Shown: positions 27,829 through 37,424, counted from the stretch's first letter. The stretch is 64,000 nucleotides of DNA from Chloroflexota bacterium (GCA_027622595.1 JAQBZZ010000004.1:575-64574); one strand, 5' to 3'. A program made the numbers and translations. The notes: generated from the sequence alone by a model not told the origin.

Positions 27829-28082
27829 TACCCATTCAGCCTCTCAAGTATTCCCATCCTCTTCAGCATCCCCTCCACCGGTTCCGAGGGCTGGGCCCCA
27901 TTGCCAAGCCACTTCACCACCTTCTCCTCATCCATGGTTATGGTGGGAGGGTCGGTGAGAGGATCATAATGACCTACCTGGTCAACAATGGCACCATCAC
28001 GTGGGGCTCTTGAGTCTGCCACCACTATTCTATAGCTGGGCTTCTTTTTAGCACCAACTCTGCGAAGTCTAATTCTTAGCAT
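27828..28082 (-). CDS. rpsP: 30S ribosomal protein S16
   Basis: MLRIRLRRVGAKKKPSYRIVVADSRAPRDG. Confidence 0.95.
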   Translation of the reverse strand: MLRIRLRRVGAKKKPSYRIVVADSRAPRDGAIVDQVGHYDPLTDPPTITMDEEKVVKWLGNGAQPSEPVEGMLKRMGILERLNG

Positions 28083-28265
28083 TTTCCCTACTTATTGACT
28101 ATATCAACCATACTTTAATAGATGCTGAGAATTGTAGAGGTGGCTAGTGCCCTTGTCAACATCCCACGCATCCACAGATGAATCTCCTTATCCAGGAACA
28201 GGACTTCCGAAGAACATTGGATTCAGGTATTATTCACTCAGACACCATCATCCCAAAAAACTGCT

Positions 28266-29204
28266 ATGACAATACACTCCAAAAGCATCCTGGATTACGT
28301 GGGGAACACCCCCCTTGTGGAAATACCACGCATGAGTCCCAAGCCGGAAGTCCGCATCTTCGCCAAGCTGGAAGGGCATAATCCGACGGGGAGCATCAAG
28401 GACAGGGTGGCCAAGTACCTTGTGCAACAGGCAGAAGAGCGCGGCGATCTGAAGCCGGGCCAGACCCTCATCGAAGCCAGCACAGGGAACACCGCCCTGG
28501 CACTGGCCCTGATAGCCAAGCAAAAGGGGTACAAGCTGAAGGTGGTAATGCTCCGCAGGACAACCCCAGGCGTCGCCGAACTGCTGGCGACCTACGGTGT
28601 GGAGATAGTATGGTGCGATCCCTTGGCAGGGATGAAGGGGGCCATAGAGATGGCGGAACGCCTGAGCCGGGAAGAAGGCTGGTTCAACACCTGTCAGTTC
28701 GAGAGCAAGGGTAATCTTCAGGCCCACTACGAGACAACGGGGCCGGAAATCCTACAGGCCATTCCGCAGGTGGATGCCTTCGTTGCCGGCATAGGCACCG
28801 GCGGGACCATCACGGGGGTGGGAAAGAGACTCAAGGAGCACAACCCTCAGACCAGGATAATTGGTGTGGAGCCAAAGATGGGAGACCAGCTTCAGGGTCT
28901 GAGAAGCCTCCAGGAAGGGTACATCCCTCCCCTGCTTGACATGGGCATGCTCGATGGAAGGTTTCTGGTGGATACGCAGGAAGCTTTCGCCTGCTCCAGG
29001 TCTCTCCTTGAGAAGGAGGGGATATTCGCCGGCGTATCCTCCGGGGCAGTCCTGAGCTGCGCCCAGCGGGTGGCCGAGCGCATGAACGGCGGCAACATCG
29101 TCGTTATCTTCGCCGACGGCGGATGGAAGTACCTGACGGCAGGGCCCTGGAGAGAAGAGATGGAAGCCAGGATGCTTCACCCAAACGAAACGGCCTGGTG
29201 GTAG
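28266..29204 (+). CDS. cysK: cysteine synthase (PLP-dependent, CysK/CysM family)
   Basis: GNTPLVEI and the NPTGSIKDR lysine motif are present. The GIGTGGTITG loop is also present. Confidence 0.85.
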   Translation: MTIHSKSILDYVGNTPLVEIPRMSPKPEVRIFAKLEGHNPTGSIKDRVAKYLVQQAEERGDLKPGQTLIEASTGNTALALALIAKQKGYKLKVVMLRRTTPGVAELLATYGVEIVWCDPLAGMKGAIEMAERLSREEGWFNTCQFESKGNLQAHYETTGPEILQAIPQVDAFVAGIGTGGTITGVGKRLKEHNPQTRIIGVEPKMGDQLQGLRSLQEGYIPPLLDMGMLDGRFLVDTQEAFACSRSLLEKEGIFAGVSSGAVLSCAQRVAERMNGGNIVVIFADGGWKYLTAGPWREEMEARMLHPNETAWW

Positions 29205-29253
29205 AGGGGTGCTGGCAAGCTCATGGTGGACTTGCCATTACTGCTGGTGGGCC

Positions 29254-29946
29254 TCATATTCCCACGCGAAGCATAAAGGAACCAAATTTACCCCAAAGCA
29301 CGAGGGTGAAGTCTAATGCCTCAACGGGAACATCAAACACAATATTCTTCACTACTTCAGCCCCTGGTGAGATTGGTTGCTCATACACCTTACTTGGGGA
29401 GGAGGGATTATCATAATCCACGTTATATCCTAAAACTTGCAGGTAGCCTTCTATGAAATCTGTTCTCTTAGGGAAGTACAGTGTCTGCGTTTCATCATAG
29501 AGCAACATCGTAGCACGAAACTCTTCCTCGGCACGGCCCTCGTTCCTCATGGTGAAGGGAATAGCGAGGAAGACTCCCTGGGGTAATAGATCACTAGCGC
29601 TGTCCCCGCCCGAAATCATCTTCAGCTTCTCGGGTTGCCCTACTGTTACGTCAATGTTACCCCATTCAAGGGTCACAGGTAGCGGAGAGGGGTGAGGTGT
29701 AACCAATGGGGTTGGAGTGGGATGAGGGGTATATGTTGGATACGGCGTAGATGTCGCGTAAGGAGTCGCAGTAGCGTAAACTGTGGCAGTCGGATATGGT
29801 GTTGCGGTAGTAACAGGCGTATAGGTAGGTTGTGCCGTATTTATCGGGTACTGAGTGTAGGTCGGATACGGCGTAGCTGTCTCACTAGTACACCCAACCA
29901 GTACTAGGAGAAGGATAAGACAGGGTAATAGGTTTCTCCAGCGCAT
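29254..29946 (-). CDS. lipoprotein with a Tyr/Pro/Thr-rich linker and a DUF4352-like C-terminal domain
   Basis: A signal peptide with lipobox (LVLVGC) is present. The linker PYPTYTQYP...TPYPTYTPHPTPTP follows. The C-terminal part resembles the DUF4352 beta-sandwich (recollection only). Confidence 0.6.
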   Translation of the reverse strand: MRWRNLLPCLILLLVLVGCTSETATPYPTYTQYPINTAQPTYTPVTTATPYPTATVYATATPYATSTPYPTYTPHPTPTPLVTPHPSPLPVTLEWGNIDVTVGQPEKLKMISGGDSASDLLPQGVFLAIPFTMRNEGRAEEEFRATMLLYDETQTLYFPKRTDFIEGYLQVLGYNVDYDNPSSPSKVYEQPISPGAEVVKNIVFDVPVEALDFTLVLWGKFGSFMLRVGI

Positions 29947-30059
29947 CCTTATCGCCTATCTTTGGCTTCAAGTTGTTAGCTTCACCACTGTACCCAAGTG
30001 GTGAGGCGGCGTCAATGCAACACACCCCGCAAATGTCCAGTCCCAGAAGTTTGTCTAAT

Positions 30060-30164
30060 GTCATTGCGAGGCCCTACGAAGGAGGGCGGTGTCAATCTGG
30101 CCGTGGGGTGCGTCCCTCCTCCAGATTGCTTCGTCTCCCGACACGTCGGCATCCTCGCAATGAC
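30060..30164. repeat. nested-palindrome REP/MITE-like element
   Basis: The 12-bp termini GTCATTGCGAGG...CCTCGCAATGAC are perfect, and the inner inverted repeat is CAATCTGG...CCAGATTG. Confidence 0.9.
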
Positions 30165-30209
30165 AATTTACGGGTGTATTTCAAAGACACCCCACCACGC
30201 CAGTGGTCC

Positions 30210-31790
30210 CTACCCCTGGTGTATCAAGAAATACTCGAAACTATCGGCAAGGGCCATCCAACTGGCCTCGATGATGTTGCTGGAGGAGCCAACCGTCTGC
30301 CACTGGCTCTTGCCGTCGGTCGACTCGATGAGCACCCTCACCACGGCCCGCGTGTCCTGGCCCTGGTCGACCACCCGCACCTTGTAGTCCAGCAGCTTCA
30401 CAGCGTCCAGAGACGGGTATGACTCCAAAAGGCCCTTCCGCAGAGCGTTGTCCAGGGCGTTCACGGGGCCATTGCCCTCCGCGGCGGTGTGCATCAACTG
30501 AGAGCCAACCCTCACCTTGACAACCGCCTCCGACAGCATGTCCTCGTGGTCGCCGTTGGCAGGAGCGCGACGACGGTTTTCGACCAGCACCATGAAGTCC
30601 ACCATATCAAAGGGAGGACGGTAGCCATCCAGGCTCCTTCTCACCATCAACTCAAAGGAAGCCTCCGCCCCTTCGTACTGAAACCCCTTGCTCTCCTGCA
30701 ACTTCAACCTGTCGAGTAGAACGACCACCTGCTCCCGGCTCACCATGTCCGCCAACCCAAGTTCATTGAGTCGATGCAGAATATTCCCACGCCCCGATAG
30801 CTCGGAAATCACAACGCGCTTGGCGTTTCCAACCGTCTCCGGTGCGATGTGCTGGTAGCTCTCCTCCACCTTTGCCATCGCGGCCACGTGCAGACCTCCC
30901 TTGTGGCTGAAGGAACTGACGCCAACGTAGGGCTGCTGGCCGTTTGGAGGTATGTTGACTATCTCGCTGACGTAGTGGGATGCCTCCGTGAGACCGGCAA
31001 GCTGCTCGTCGGTCACGCAGGAAATGCCCATCTTCACCTTCAGATTGGCTATAATGGAGAGAAGGTTGGCATTGCCGCACCGCTCTCCATATCCATTGAT
31101 TGTGCCCTGCACCTGGGTGGCTCCAACCGTCACAGCGGCCAGGGTATTGGCAACGGCCATATCCGCATCACTGTGACAGTGGATGCCCAGAGGGGTCGTC
31201 ACTTCACGACGCACCAGAGAGACTATGTCGGTTATCTCCTTAGTCAGCATGCCACCGTTGGTATCGCACAGCACAAGGCAGTCCGCGCCGACTTCCGCCG
31301 CCACTTTAATGGTCTGAAGGGCGTACTCCGGATTGGCCTTGTAGCCATCGAAGAAGTGCTCGGCATCGTAGAAGACGGTGCGTCCCTGTTTCTTCATGTA
31401 AGAGACGGAGTCGGCAATCATCGCCAGGTTCTCCTCCAGCGTGGTCTCCAACACCCTGAGAACGTGGAGGTCTGAACTCTTTCCAACCAGGGTCACAGCG
31501 GGAGTCTCCGCCGCCAGCAGCGCCTTGATATTGCCGTCGTCCTCCACGCGTATTCCCGCCCGGCGAGTGCTGCCGAACGCGGAGATGCGAGCGTTCGAGA
31601 GAGGAATCGACTTGATTCTTTGGAAATACTCAACGTCCTTTGGGTTGGAGCCGGGCCATCCACCCTCGATGTAGTGGACCCCCAGTTCGTCCAGCTTGAG
31701 GGTAATCTTGATCTTGTCTTCCGCGGAAAGAGAGATACCCTCCTGCTGCGCTCCATCTCTCAGTGTGGTGTCATACAACTGTATTTCCAT
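30210..31790 (-). CDS. cimA: citramalate synthase (CimA, LeuA-like with a LeuA_dimer C-terminus)
   Basis: MEIQLYDTTLRDGAQQEGISLS...YIEGGWPGSNPKD matches the CimA-type N-terminus. The start is the ATG at 31790. The preceding Ile T-box fits a role in isoleucine biosynthesis. Confidence 0.8.
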   Translation of the reverse strand: MEIQLYDTTLRDGAQQEGISLSAEDKIKITLKLDELGVHYIEGGWPGSNPKDVEYFQRIKSIPLSNARISAFGSTRRAGIRVEDDGNIKALLAAETPAVTLVGKSSDLHVLRVLETTLEENLAMIADSVSYMKKQGRTVFYDAEHFFDGYKANPEYALQTIKVAAEVGADCLVLCDTNGGMLTKEITDIVSLVRREVTTPLGIHCHSDADMAVANTLAAVTVGATQVQGTINGYGERCGNANLLSIIANLKVKMGISCVTDEQLAGLTEASHYVSEIVNIPPNGQQPYVGVSSFSHKGGLHVAAMAKVEESYQHIAPETVGNAKRVVISELSGRGNILHRLNELGLADMVSREQVVVLLDRLKLQESKGFQYEGAEASFELMVRRSLDGYRPPFDMVDFMVLVENRRRAPANGDHEDMLSEAVVKVRVGSQLMHTAAEGNGPVNALDNALRKGLLESYPSLDAVKLLDYKVRVVDQGQDTRAVVRVLIESTDGKSQWQTVGSSSNIIEASWMALADSFEYFLIHQG

Positions 31791-32100
31791 GATTCCCCCT
31801 ACAAAATAGAAAAATCCCGTCCCCAAGGGACGGGATCATTTGAAAGAATCCCGCGGTACCACCCTTTTTCCCCGGCTTTCAATTACAACTTACACCGGGG
31901 CGCTCATTCAGGGCACCATCATGCCCTCGTCACTGGTAACGGTGTGCGACTCCGGCCCGGTCTACTAACCCAAAGCCCTTTGTGGTTTTCGGCGGGCAGC
32001 TCAGGAGTGATCTTCCAGGGGGCCTTTCGCGTCTGCTCCCACCATGCCAGACTCGCTTGGCGAGGGCGTCCCCCGTACTCGTCTCCGTCTTTGCTTTTGT
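31791..32100 (-). promoter_or_regulatory. T-box riboswitch leader, apparent specifier AUC (Ile)
   Basis: Read on the minus strand, it has the AGUA box in ACGAGUAC and the distal Stem I motif AGCGAGUCUGGCAUGGUGGGAGC. The specifier loop UGGAAG-AUC-A places AUC at 32011-32009. The F-box CCGUUA lies at 31942-31937 and the T-box AGGGUGGUACCGCGGG at 31852-31867. The UGGU bulge matches a tRNA with discriminator A. Confidence 0.85.
31810..31836 (-). terminator. T-box terminator hairpin plus U-tract
   Basis: The minus strand reads ATCCCGTCC-CTTG-GGGACGGGAT followed by TTTTTCTATTTT. Its 5' arm can pair alternatively with the T-box antiterminator. Confidence 0.75.
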
Positions 32101-32107
32101 GGGCAAA

Positions 32108-32137
32108 ACAGTACCACACAACACGGGTCAAGGTCAA
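32108..32137 (-). promoter_or_regulatory. candidate sigma-70 promoter for the T-box/cimA transcript
   Basis: TTGACC (32137-32132), an 18-nt spacer, then TGgTACTGT (an extended -10 at 32113-32108). Confidence 0.4.
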
Positions 32138-32269
32138 GATTTTAGATGGGTGACTGCCTACTTTGTAGCAAGCGTTCCTCACCACTTGCGATGCATATCT
32201 CTTTCGGGAGTCCGTAAGAACTCTTGAAACGCATGCCAGTGCGGTGTATCTGTAATACACCTTTATAAT

Positions 32270-32391
32270 GTCATTGCGAGGCTCGACGAAGGAGAGCCGT
32301 GGCAATCTGGCGTGGGGTGCCCCCTCTTCAGGCTGCGGAGTTTACCCTGAGCCAGAGCGAACGGGTCGTCCCGATTTATCGGGACTCGCAC
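32270..32391. repeat. REP/MITE-like element with one degraded terminus
   Basis: It starts GTCATTGCGAGG and ends GGGACTCGCAC. It contains TGCGGAGTTTACCCTGAGCCAGAGCGAACGG, the reverse complement of a module in the 26830 element. Confidence 0.8.
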
Positions 32392-32425
32392 AGCCATCTC
32401 TTCGCTGGCAAAGCCTTTACAAAAA

Positions 32426-33313
32426 TTACTTGTCGTCCAGCCTAAGGCCAATCTCACGCAGGAAAGTCTCGACATCAGGAGCAAGGGGTGGAGTTTCCTC
32501 TTCAGGTTCAGGGCTCTGTTGATCGTCGTAGTACTCTTCAAGCTGTGATATCAGGGCTTTGACCTGGGTGTTGTGCTGCAACTGAGTGCCCACCTCTTGG
32601 TATTGGGTAGCGCCCCGATCGGCCTCCATCAAGTGGGGAGGAAGATCATAGAGGGTGCAGAGGACTTCCATCAGTCGTGCCGTCCCTGCATAGTCATCCT
32701 CAAGGCTCAGATAGTGAGGCAGGTGCACCATGAAGTTGATCATCTCCGTACCCGATTTCTCAAGCTCCTCCGCCAACGAGTTCATAATACTGGTCGGGCC
32801 CTGGTATCCTCCGGTTGACTGACGCGGCGTGATAAGACCTGACATGCCGGGCATTTTCTCCAGCTCCGGAGAGCCTGTGACCCTGAGGGGTCTGGTGTGG
32901 GGCACCGCGTTGTACATTCCACTAATACGGCAGTAACGCTTTACATTAAGCGTTTTGAGCAGGTCAACCACGGACTTGACGTATCTCTCGGCAAACGCAT
33001 GTGGCTCCATGAGATGGATGAAAAGGAAGTCAGGGCCGTCTGTCCCAAGGGCGTAGTATATGTTTGTGTTGGGGACTACGATTACGCGCTGGCCCTCCAC
33101 AAACTGAGAGGTGGGGCGATAACGAGTGAAATCGAAGAAGTTCCCGGGGCGATGCAACTTCCCAAGCTCTTTAGCTCCAAAGTGGCTTTCAAGCCTCTCC
33201 AGAGACAGAGTACCCACGTTGCCCGCATCCACCCATGGGTGAAGGAGAGCAATCGCGTGGAGGTTCTTAAACTCCGGAATAGGCTCGTGAATCTCGAAGG
33301 CACCAATTTGCAT
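32426..33313 (-). CDS. PAC2 (proteasome assembly chaperone 2-like) family protein
   Basis: The N-terminal pattern ...LHAIALLHPWVDAGNVGTLSLERLESHF resembles the PAC2 family signature (recollection). I trimmed the start to the ATG at 33313. Confidence 0.55.
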   Translation of the reverse strand: MQIGAFEIHEPIPEFKNLHAIALLHPWVDAGNVGTLSLERLESHFGAKELGKLHRPGNFFDFTRYRPTSQFVEGQRVIVVPNTNIYYALGTDGPDFLFIHLMEPHAFAERYVKSVVDLLKTLNVKRYCRISGMYNAVPHTRPLRVTGSPELEKMPGMSGLITPRQSTGGYQGPTSIMNSLAEELEKSGTEMINFMVHLPHYLSLEDDYAGTARLMEVLCTLYDLPPHLMEADRGATQYQEVGTQLQHNTQVKALISQLEEYYDDQQSPEPEEETPPLAPDVETFLREIGLRLDDK

Positions 33314-33618
33314 GCCACATTTTCCCACACCAATAGATATTTGGCAAATGGAGAAGTCTAGCGTTCAGGTGTAGGTTTTGTGCAAGGGCATCCGCTGCAG
33401 GACACTGAGCAACTGCTATCATCCGGCTGCCGGATTTGTTGACTCGCGAGATTTTCGATGGTAGACTCCCACCGAATTGCATTCTAGGGCTTAAATAGAA
33501 TGCCGCTGTTGCGCTCCGAGGACGCTTCTTGGGTGCTGGCCTGGGTTCCGGGCCAATAGATCACACAGTCAACATAGTGACCTAGAAATGACCCCGGAAA
33601 TTACCTAGGAGGACAGCG

Positions 33619-33903
33619 TTGAGTGATAAGAGTCTGGTATGCCGAGAATGTGGAACCGAGTTCGTTTTTTCCGAAGGCGAACAAGAATTTTATCAGAAGC
33701 GGGGACTGCTCAACGAGCCCAGCCGCTGCCCAGATTGTCGTTCCGCACGCCGACGCACCCGGGATGAAGAAGGTAGTGCGCGTATAATGCATACGGTAAT
33801 CTGTGCCTCATGTGGCAAAGAGGCGCAAGTACCCTTCCAGCCTCGGCTGGGTAGGCCGGTGTACTGCAACGAGTGCTTCACCTCTGAGAGGGCCGCAAGG
33901 TAA
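33619..33903 (+). CDS. double zinc-ribbon protein (zf-trcl-like N-terminus plus a CxxC-x17-CxxC C-terminal domain)
   Basis: CRECGTEFVFSEGEQEFYQKRGL.NEPSRCPDCR is followed by CASCGKEAQVPFQPRLGRPVYCNEC. The TTG start is preceded by AGGAGG. Confidence 0.7.
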   Translation: MSDKSLVCRECGTEFVFSEGEQEFYQKRGLLNEPSRCPDCRSARRRTRDEEGSARIMHTVICASCGKEAQVPFQPRLGRPVYCNECFTSERAAR

Positions 33904-34054
33904 CACTTTGCGCAACTCAGCGCCCTCGGAGGAAAATACCCGGTGACATATATTCGGTAATATTTGGTTGCCCTGTTATATTTGGAGGGAGTGGACAGGT
34001 CGGCTTTGGGAATACCCAAGCAACCCGTCTGCATTAAGACGCATGGGTTTGCGG

Positions 34055-34083
34055 TTTACTCCTCGGGCGACCTATGCTATAAT
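34055..34083 (+). promoter_or_regulatory. candidate rpsO promoter
   Basis: TTTACT, a 17-nt spacer, then TATAAT, about 35 nt upstream of the rpsO ATG. Confidence 0.45.
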
Positions 34084-34118
34084 TCCTGCCGAAGAGAATA
34101 GAGAAAGGTCATATATAG

Positions 34119-34385
34119 ATGCTGGCGACGGAGAGTAAACAGGCCCTCATTCAGGAGTACCAAACAAAGGAAGGTGATACCGGGTCCACAGGTGTGCAGA
34201 TAGCCATCCTCACACAACGGATAAATCACCTTAGTGGACACCTCAGGGTACACCGCAGGGACTATCATTGTCTCCGTGGATTAATGAAACTGGTGGGCCA
34301 GCGGCGACGGCTCCTGCGCTATCTGAGGAAAAAAGATAGCAGTCGGTACATGGAACTGACAACCAGTCTTCTCATTCGGAGGTAG
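34119..34385 (+). CDS. rpsO: 30S ribosomal protein S15
   Basis: [24 protein letters not shown]...H.RD.H..RGL...VGQRR.LL.YL. Confidence 0.95.
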   Translation: MLATESKQALIQEYQTKEGDTGSTGVQIAILTQRINHLSGHLRVHRRDYHCLRGLMKLVGQRRRLLRYLRKKDSSRYMELTTSLLIRR

Positions 34386-34414
34386 CACCCACCCTCGGGT
34401 GCTCTTTCTTTATT
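34384..34414 (+). terminator. rpsO terminator/attenuator hairpin before pnp
   Basis: AGCACCC-ACCCTC-GGGTGCT followed by CTTTCTTTATT. It overlaps the rpsO stop, in the classic position for rpsO-pnp read-through control. Confidence 0.55.
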
Positions 34415-34454
34415 CTCCCCAAGTGTTGATTAGCTAGAGGAGGATATTTTCATT

Positions 34455-36569
34455 TTGATTCACACTACAAGCGTGGAGATCGCTGGACGCCAACTCACCA
34501 TCGAAACCGGCAAGCTGGCAAATCAGGCCGGTGGCTCGGTAACCATCAGGTACGGAGACTCGGTCCTACTTGTCACCGCCTGCGCTTCGCCAACCGCCAG
34601 GGAGGGAATAGACTTCCTGCCCCTGACCATAGACTATGAGGAGCGCCTGTACGCCGTAGGGAAAATTCCCGGTAGCTTTTTCCGAAGAGAGGGCCGGCCA
34701 ACCGAGATCGGAACGCTGGCCGCCCGCCTGACCGACCGCCCACTGAGACCCCTTTTCCCAAAGGGGCTTCACAACGAGATACAGGTGATCGTAACCGTCC
34801 TCTCCGCTGACCAGGAGAACGACCCAGATATCCTCGGCATAATAGGCGCGTCCGCGGCCCTATGCCTGTCCGATATACCATTCGACGGGCCCGTTAGCGC
34901 CACCAGGCTGGGCTACATAGACGGACAGATTGTCGTCAACCCAACCTTTGCTCAGTTGGAGGAAAGCAAGCTGGACCTGGTGGTCGCCGGGACAAGCGAC
35001 GCCATAGCAATGGTTGAGGCGGGCGCCAGCGAGGTGAGCGAAGACGTGATCATCGCTGCCGTCAAGCGTGGACAGGAGATCAACCAGGAGATCGTCGGAC
35101 TTCAACAGAAACTGATCGCCCTTGCGGCAAAGCCCAAAATGTCCCTGAACCTGAATGGCCACGCGGATGACGCGCTTATGGAAAAGCTGGCATCCGCCCT
35201 CGGAGACCGTCTGCACTCCCTCATCTTCACCAATAGAGAAAAGGGGGAAAGGGATAGCGCCGTAGACGACCTGAGGGCCGAAGTTGCGGCCCAGATGGGC
35301 GATGACTACTCTCCCCAGGATATAAGGACAGCCTTTGAAGCCCTTGTCAAAAGGGAGGTCCGCTCCGGAATAGTCCACGGAGGAGAGCGCCCGGACGGAC
35401 GGGGTGCCAAAGAGATAAGGCCCATCAGCAGTGAGGCATCCGTCCTGCCCCGGGCCCACGGCTCCGGCCTCTTCAACCGTGGACAGACTCAGGTTCTCAC
35501 CATCGCGACGCTCGGCTCTATGGCAGAGGTACAGAAACTCGATACCATAAACCCCGAGGTGAGCAAGCGGTACATGCATCACTACAACTTCCCTCCCTAT
35601 TCCGTAGGTGAGGTGAGAAGAGTGGGCGGGCCCGGACGGCGGGAAATAGGACACGGCGCACTGGCAGAGCGCGCACTCCTTCCCGTTCTACCATCGGCTG
35701 AGGATTTTCCATACACCATACGCCTGGTATCGGAGTCCCTTGGCTCCAACGGCAGCACCTCCATGGCCAGCGTATGCGGCAGCACTCTGGCCCTGATGGA
35801 TGCCGGCGTGCCCCTCAAAGCGGCCGTGGCCGGAATAGCAATGGGGCTTGTCATGACCGAGGACGATAAGTACGTCATCCTGACGGACATTCAGGGAGTC
35901 GAAGACGCCCTGGGTGACATGGACTTCAAAGTGGCGGGTACAACCCAGGGAATCACCGCCCTTCAGATGGATATCAAGGTAAAGGGCATAACCTACGGCA
36001 TAATGGAGGAGGCGCTCAGTCAGGCGCGTGATGCCCGCCTCTTCGTGCTGGAACGGATACAATCGACGCTGGCCGAACCAAGGCCTGAATTGAGTCCCTA
36101 TGCCCCGCGGATGCTGCGGATAAGCATCCCGATAGACAAGATTGGCACTATCATCGGGCCTGGTGGAAAGACAATTCGCTCCATCATAGAGGAAACCAAG
36201 ACCACGATAAACGTGGACAACGACGGAACTGTAACCATAGGCTCTATAAGCCAGGAGGCGGCACAGAGGGCCGTGGAGCGCATTGAGATGCTGACCAAGG
36301 AGGCCGAGGTGGGTGCCGTCTACACAGGTAAGGTAGTCCGATTGATGAACTTTGGCGCCTTTGTGGAGATCATGCCAGGCAGAGATGGGCTGGTCCACAT
36401 CAGCGAGCTCTCAAACGAGCGGGTTAATTCAGTCGAAGACGTGGTCCACGTCGGAGATGAGATCACCGTCATGATCAAGGAGATCGACTCCATGGGGCGC
36501 ATCAACCTCTCACGGCGCGCCCTTCTAGGACAGCCGGCACGGGATGGAGACTCGGAGTCAGCCCGATAG
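34455..36569 (+). CDS. pnp: polyribonucleotide nucleotidyltransferase (PNPase)
   Basis: Two RNase PH domains, a KH domain (GKTIRSI) and an S1 domain are present. The start codon is TTG. Confidence 0.97.
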   Translation: MIHTTSVEIAGRQLTIETGKLANQAGGSVTIRYGDSVLLVTACASPTAREGIDFLPLTIDYEERLYAVGKIPGSFFRREGRPTEIGTLAARLTDRPLRPLFPKGLHNEIQVIVTVLSADQENDPDILGIIGASAALCLSDIPFDGPVSATRLGYIDGQIVVNPTFAQLEESKLDLVVAGTSDAIAMVEAGASEVSEDVIIAAVKRGQEINQEIVGLQQKLIALAAKPKMSLNLNGHADDALMEKLASALGDRLHSLIFTNREKGERDSAVDDLRAEVAAQMGDDYSPQDIRTAFEALVKREVRSGIVHGGERPDGRGAKEIRPISSEASVLPRAHGSGLFNRGQTQVLTIATLGSMAEVQKLDTINPEVSKRYMHHYNFPPYSVGEVRRVGGPGRREIGHGALAERALLPVLPSAEDFPYTIRLVSESLGSNGSTSMASVCGSTLALMDAGVPLKAAVAGIAMGLVMTEDDKYVILTDIQGVEDALGDMDFKVAGTTQGITALQMDIKVKGITYGIMEEALSQARDARLFVLERIQSTLAEPRPELSPYAPRMLRISIPIDKIGTIIGPGGKTIRSIIEETKTTINVDNDGTVTIGSISQEAAQRAVERIEMLTKEAEVGAVYTGKVVRLMNFGAFVEIMPGRDGLVHISELSNERVNSVEDVVHVGDEITVMIKEIDSMGRINLSRRALLGQPARDGDSESAR

Positions 36570-36626
36570 GCCATCTCGCTAGATACTTCTGATCCTTCAA
36601 ACTTAGGGCAAACTTAAGGTGAGAAG

Positions 36627-37424
36627 ATGGCATCAATAACTGTCCTTGTTCATGGAGTCCTTGGGAAGATGGGACAGGAGGTCCTTGCCGCCGTTTGCCG
36701 CGAGCCGGACATGGAGCCACTCTGCGGCGTGGATAAAGGCGCTACCGACGACCACATTACGCTGCCAGATGGCTCTGGTCGCATCCCCATCTCCTCTGAT
36801 ATGGAGAGCATACTGGGCACCCACAAGCCCAACGTCATGGTCGACTTCACAAACGCAGCGGCCTCCATTGCCGCGTGCCGCGTCGCAGCCGCCAATGGAG
36901 TCAACATTGTTGTTGGCACCACCGGACTTAGCGATGCCACCATCAAGGAGCTTGACGGACTGGCCAAGGAGCATGGGATAGGGGCCTTCGTGGCCCCCAA
37001 CTTCGCCATCGGAGCGGTGCTGATCATGCACCTGGCCCGCGGCCTTGGAAAGTATTTCGACTACGCCGACATCGTAGAGATGCACCACGAAGCCAAGATA
37101 GACTCCCCTTCCGGCACGGCACTGGCCCTGGCCAGAAACCTCCGCGAGGGCAGAGACGGCCCGTTCACCAGACCCTCCCCTGAAAAAGAGCCTGTGGAGG
37201 GCACCCGGGGCGGAGACGTTGGCGGTGTTTCCATCCACAGCGTGCGAATGCCCGGGAGGATGGCCCACCACGAGGTGCTTCTCGGCACTCAGGGGCAGAC
37301 CCTGAGCCTGCGTCACGACACCATCAACAGGGAGTGCTATATGCCGGGAGTTACACTGGCGATACGAGAAGTGGTAAAATCCAAGGGGCTTGTGGTGGGC
37401 CTGGAGAAACTGCTTAACCTGTAA
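36627..37424 (+). CDS. dapB: 4-hydroxy-tetrahydrodipicolinate reductase
   Basis: The GVLGKMG NAD-binding motif and E.HH..K.D.PSGTA are present. Confidence 0.9.
   Translation: MASITVLVHGVLGKMGQEVLAAVCREPDMEPLCGVDKGATDDHITLPDGSGRIPISSDMESILGTHKPNVMVDFTNAAASIAACRVAAANGVNIVVGTTGLSDATIKELDGLAKEHGIGAFVAPNFAIGAVLIMHLARGLGKYFDYADIVEMHHEAKIDSPSGTALALARNLREGRDGPFTRPSPEKEPVEGTRGGDVGGVSIHSVRMPGRMAHHEVLLGTQGQTLSLRHDTINRECYMPGVTLAIREVVKSKGLVVGLEKLLNL

Noticed and set aside
31919-32305. ORFs 31919-32305(-), 31982-32227(+) and 31620-32153(+) in the cimA upstream region.
   Set aside because: A T-box leader, its promoter and a REP element fully explain the region. The peptides have no protein-like features.
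26830-32391. Whether the GTCATTGCGAGG-type repeats form a CRISPR array.
   Set aside because: The copies are 3-5 kb apart and separated by genes. They are 85-122 bp long and internally palindromic, with no regular spacer-sized spacing and no cas genes. They behave as dispersed REP/MITE-like elements.
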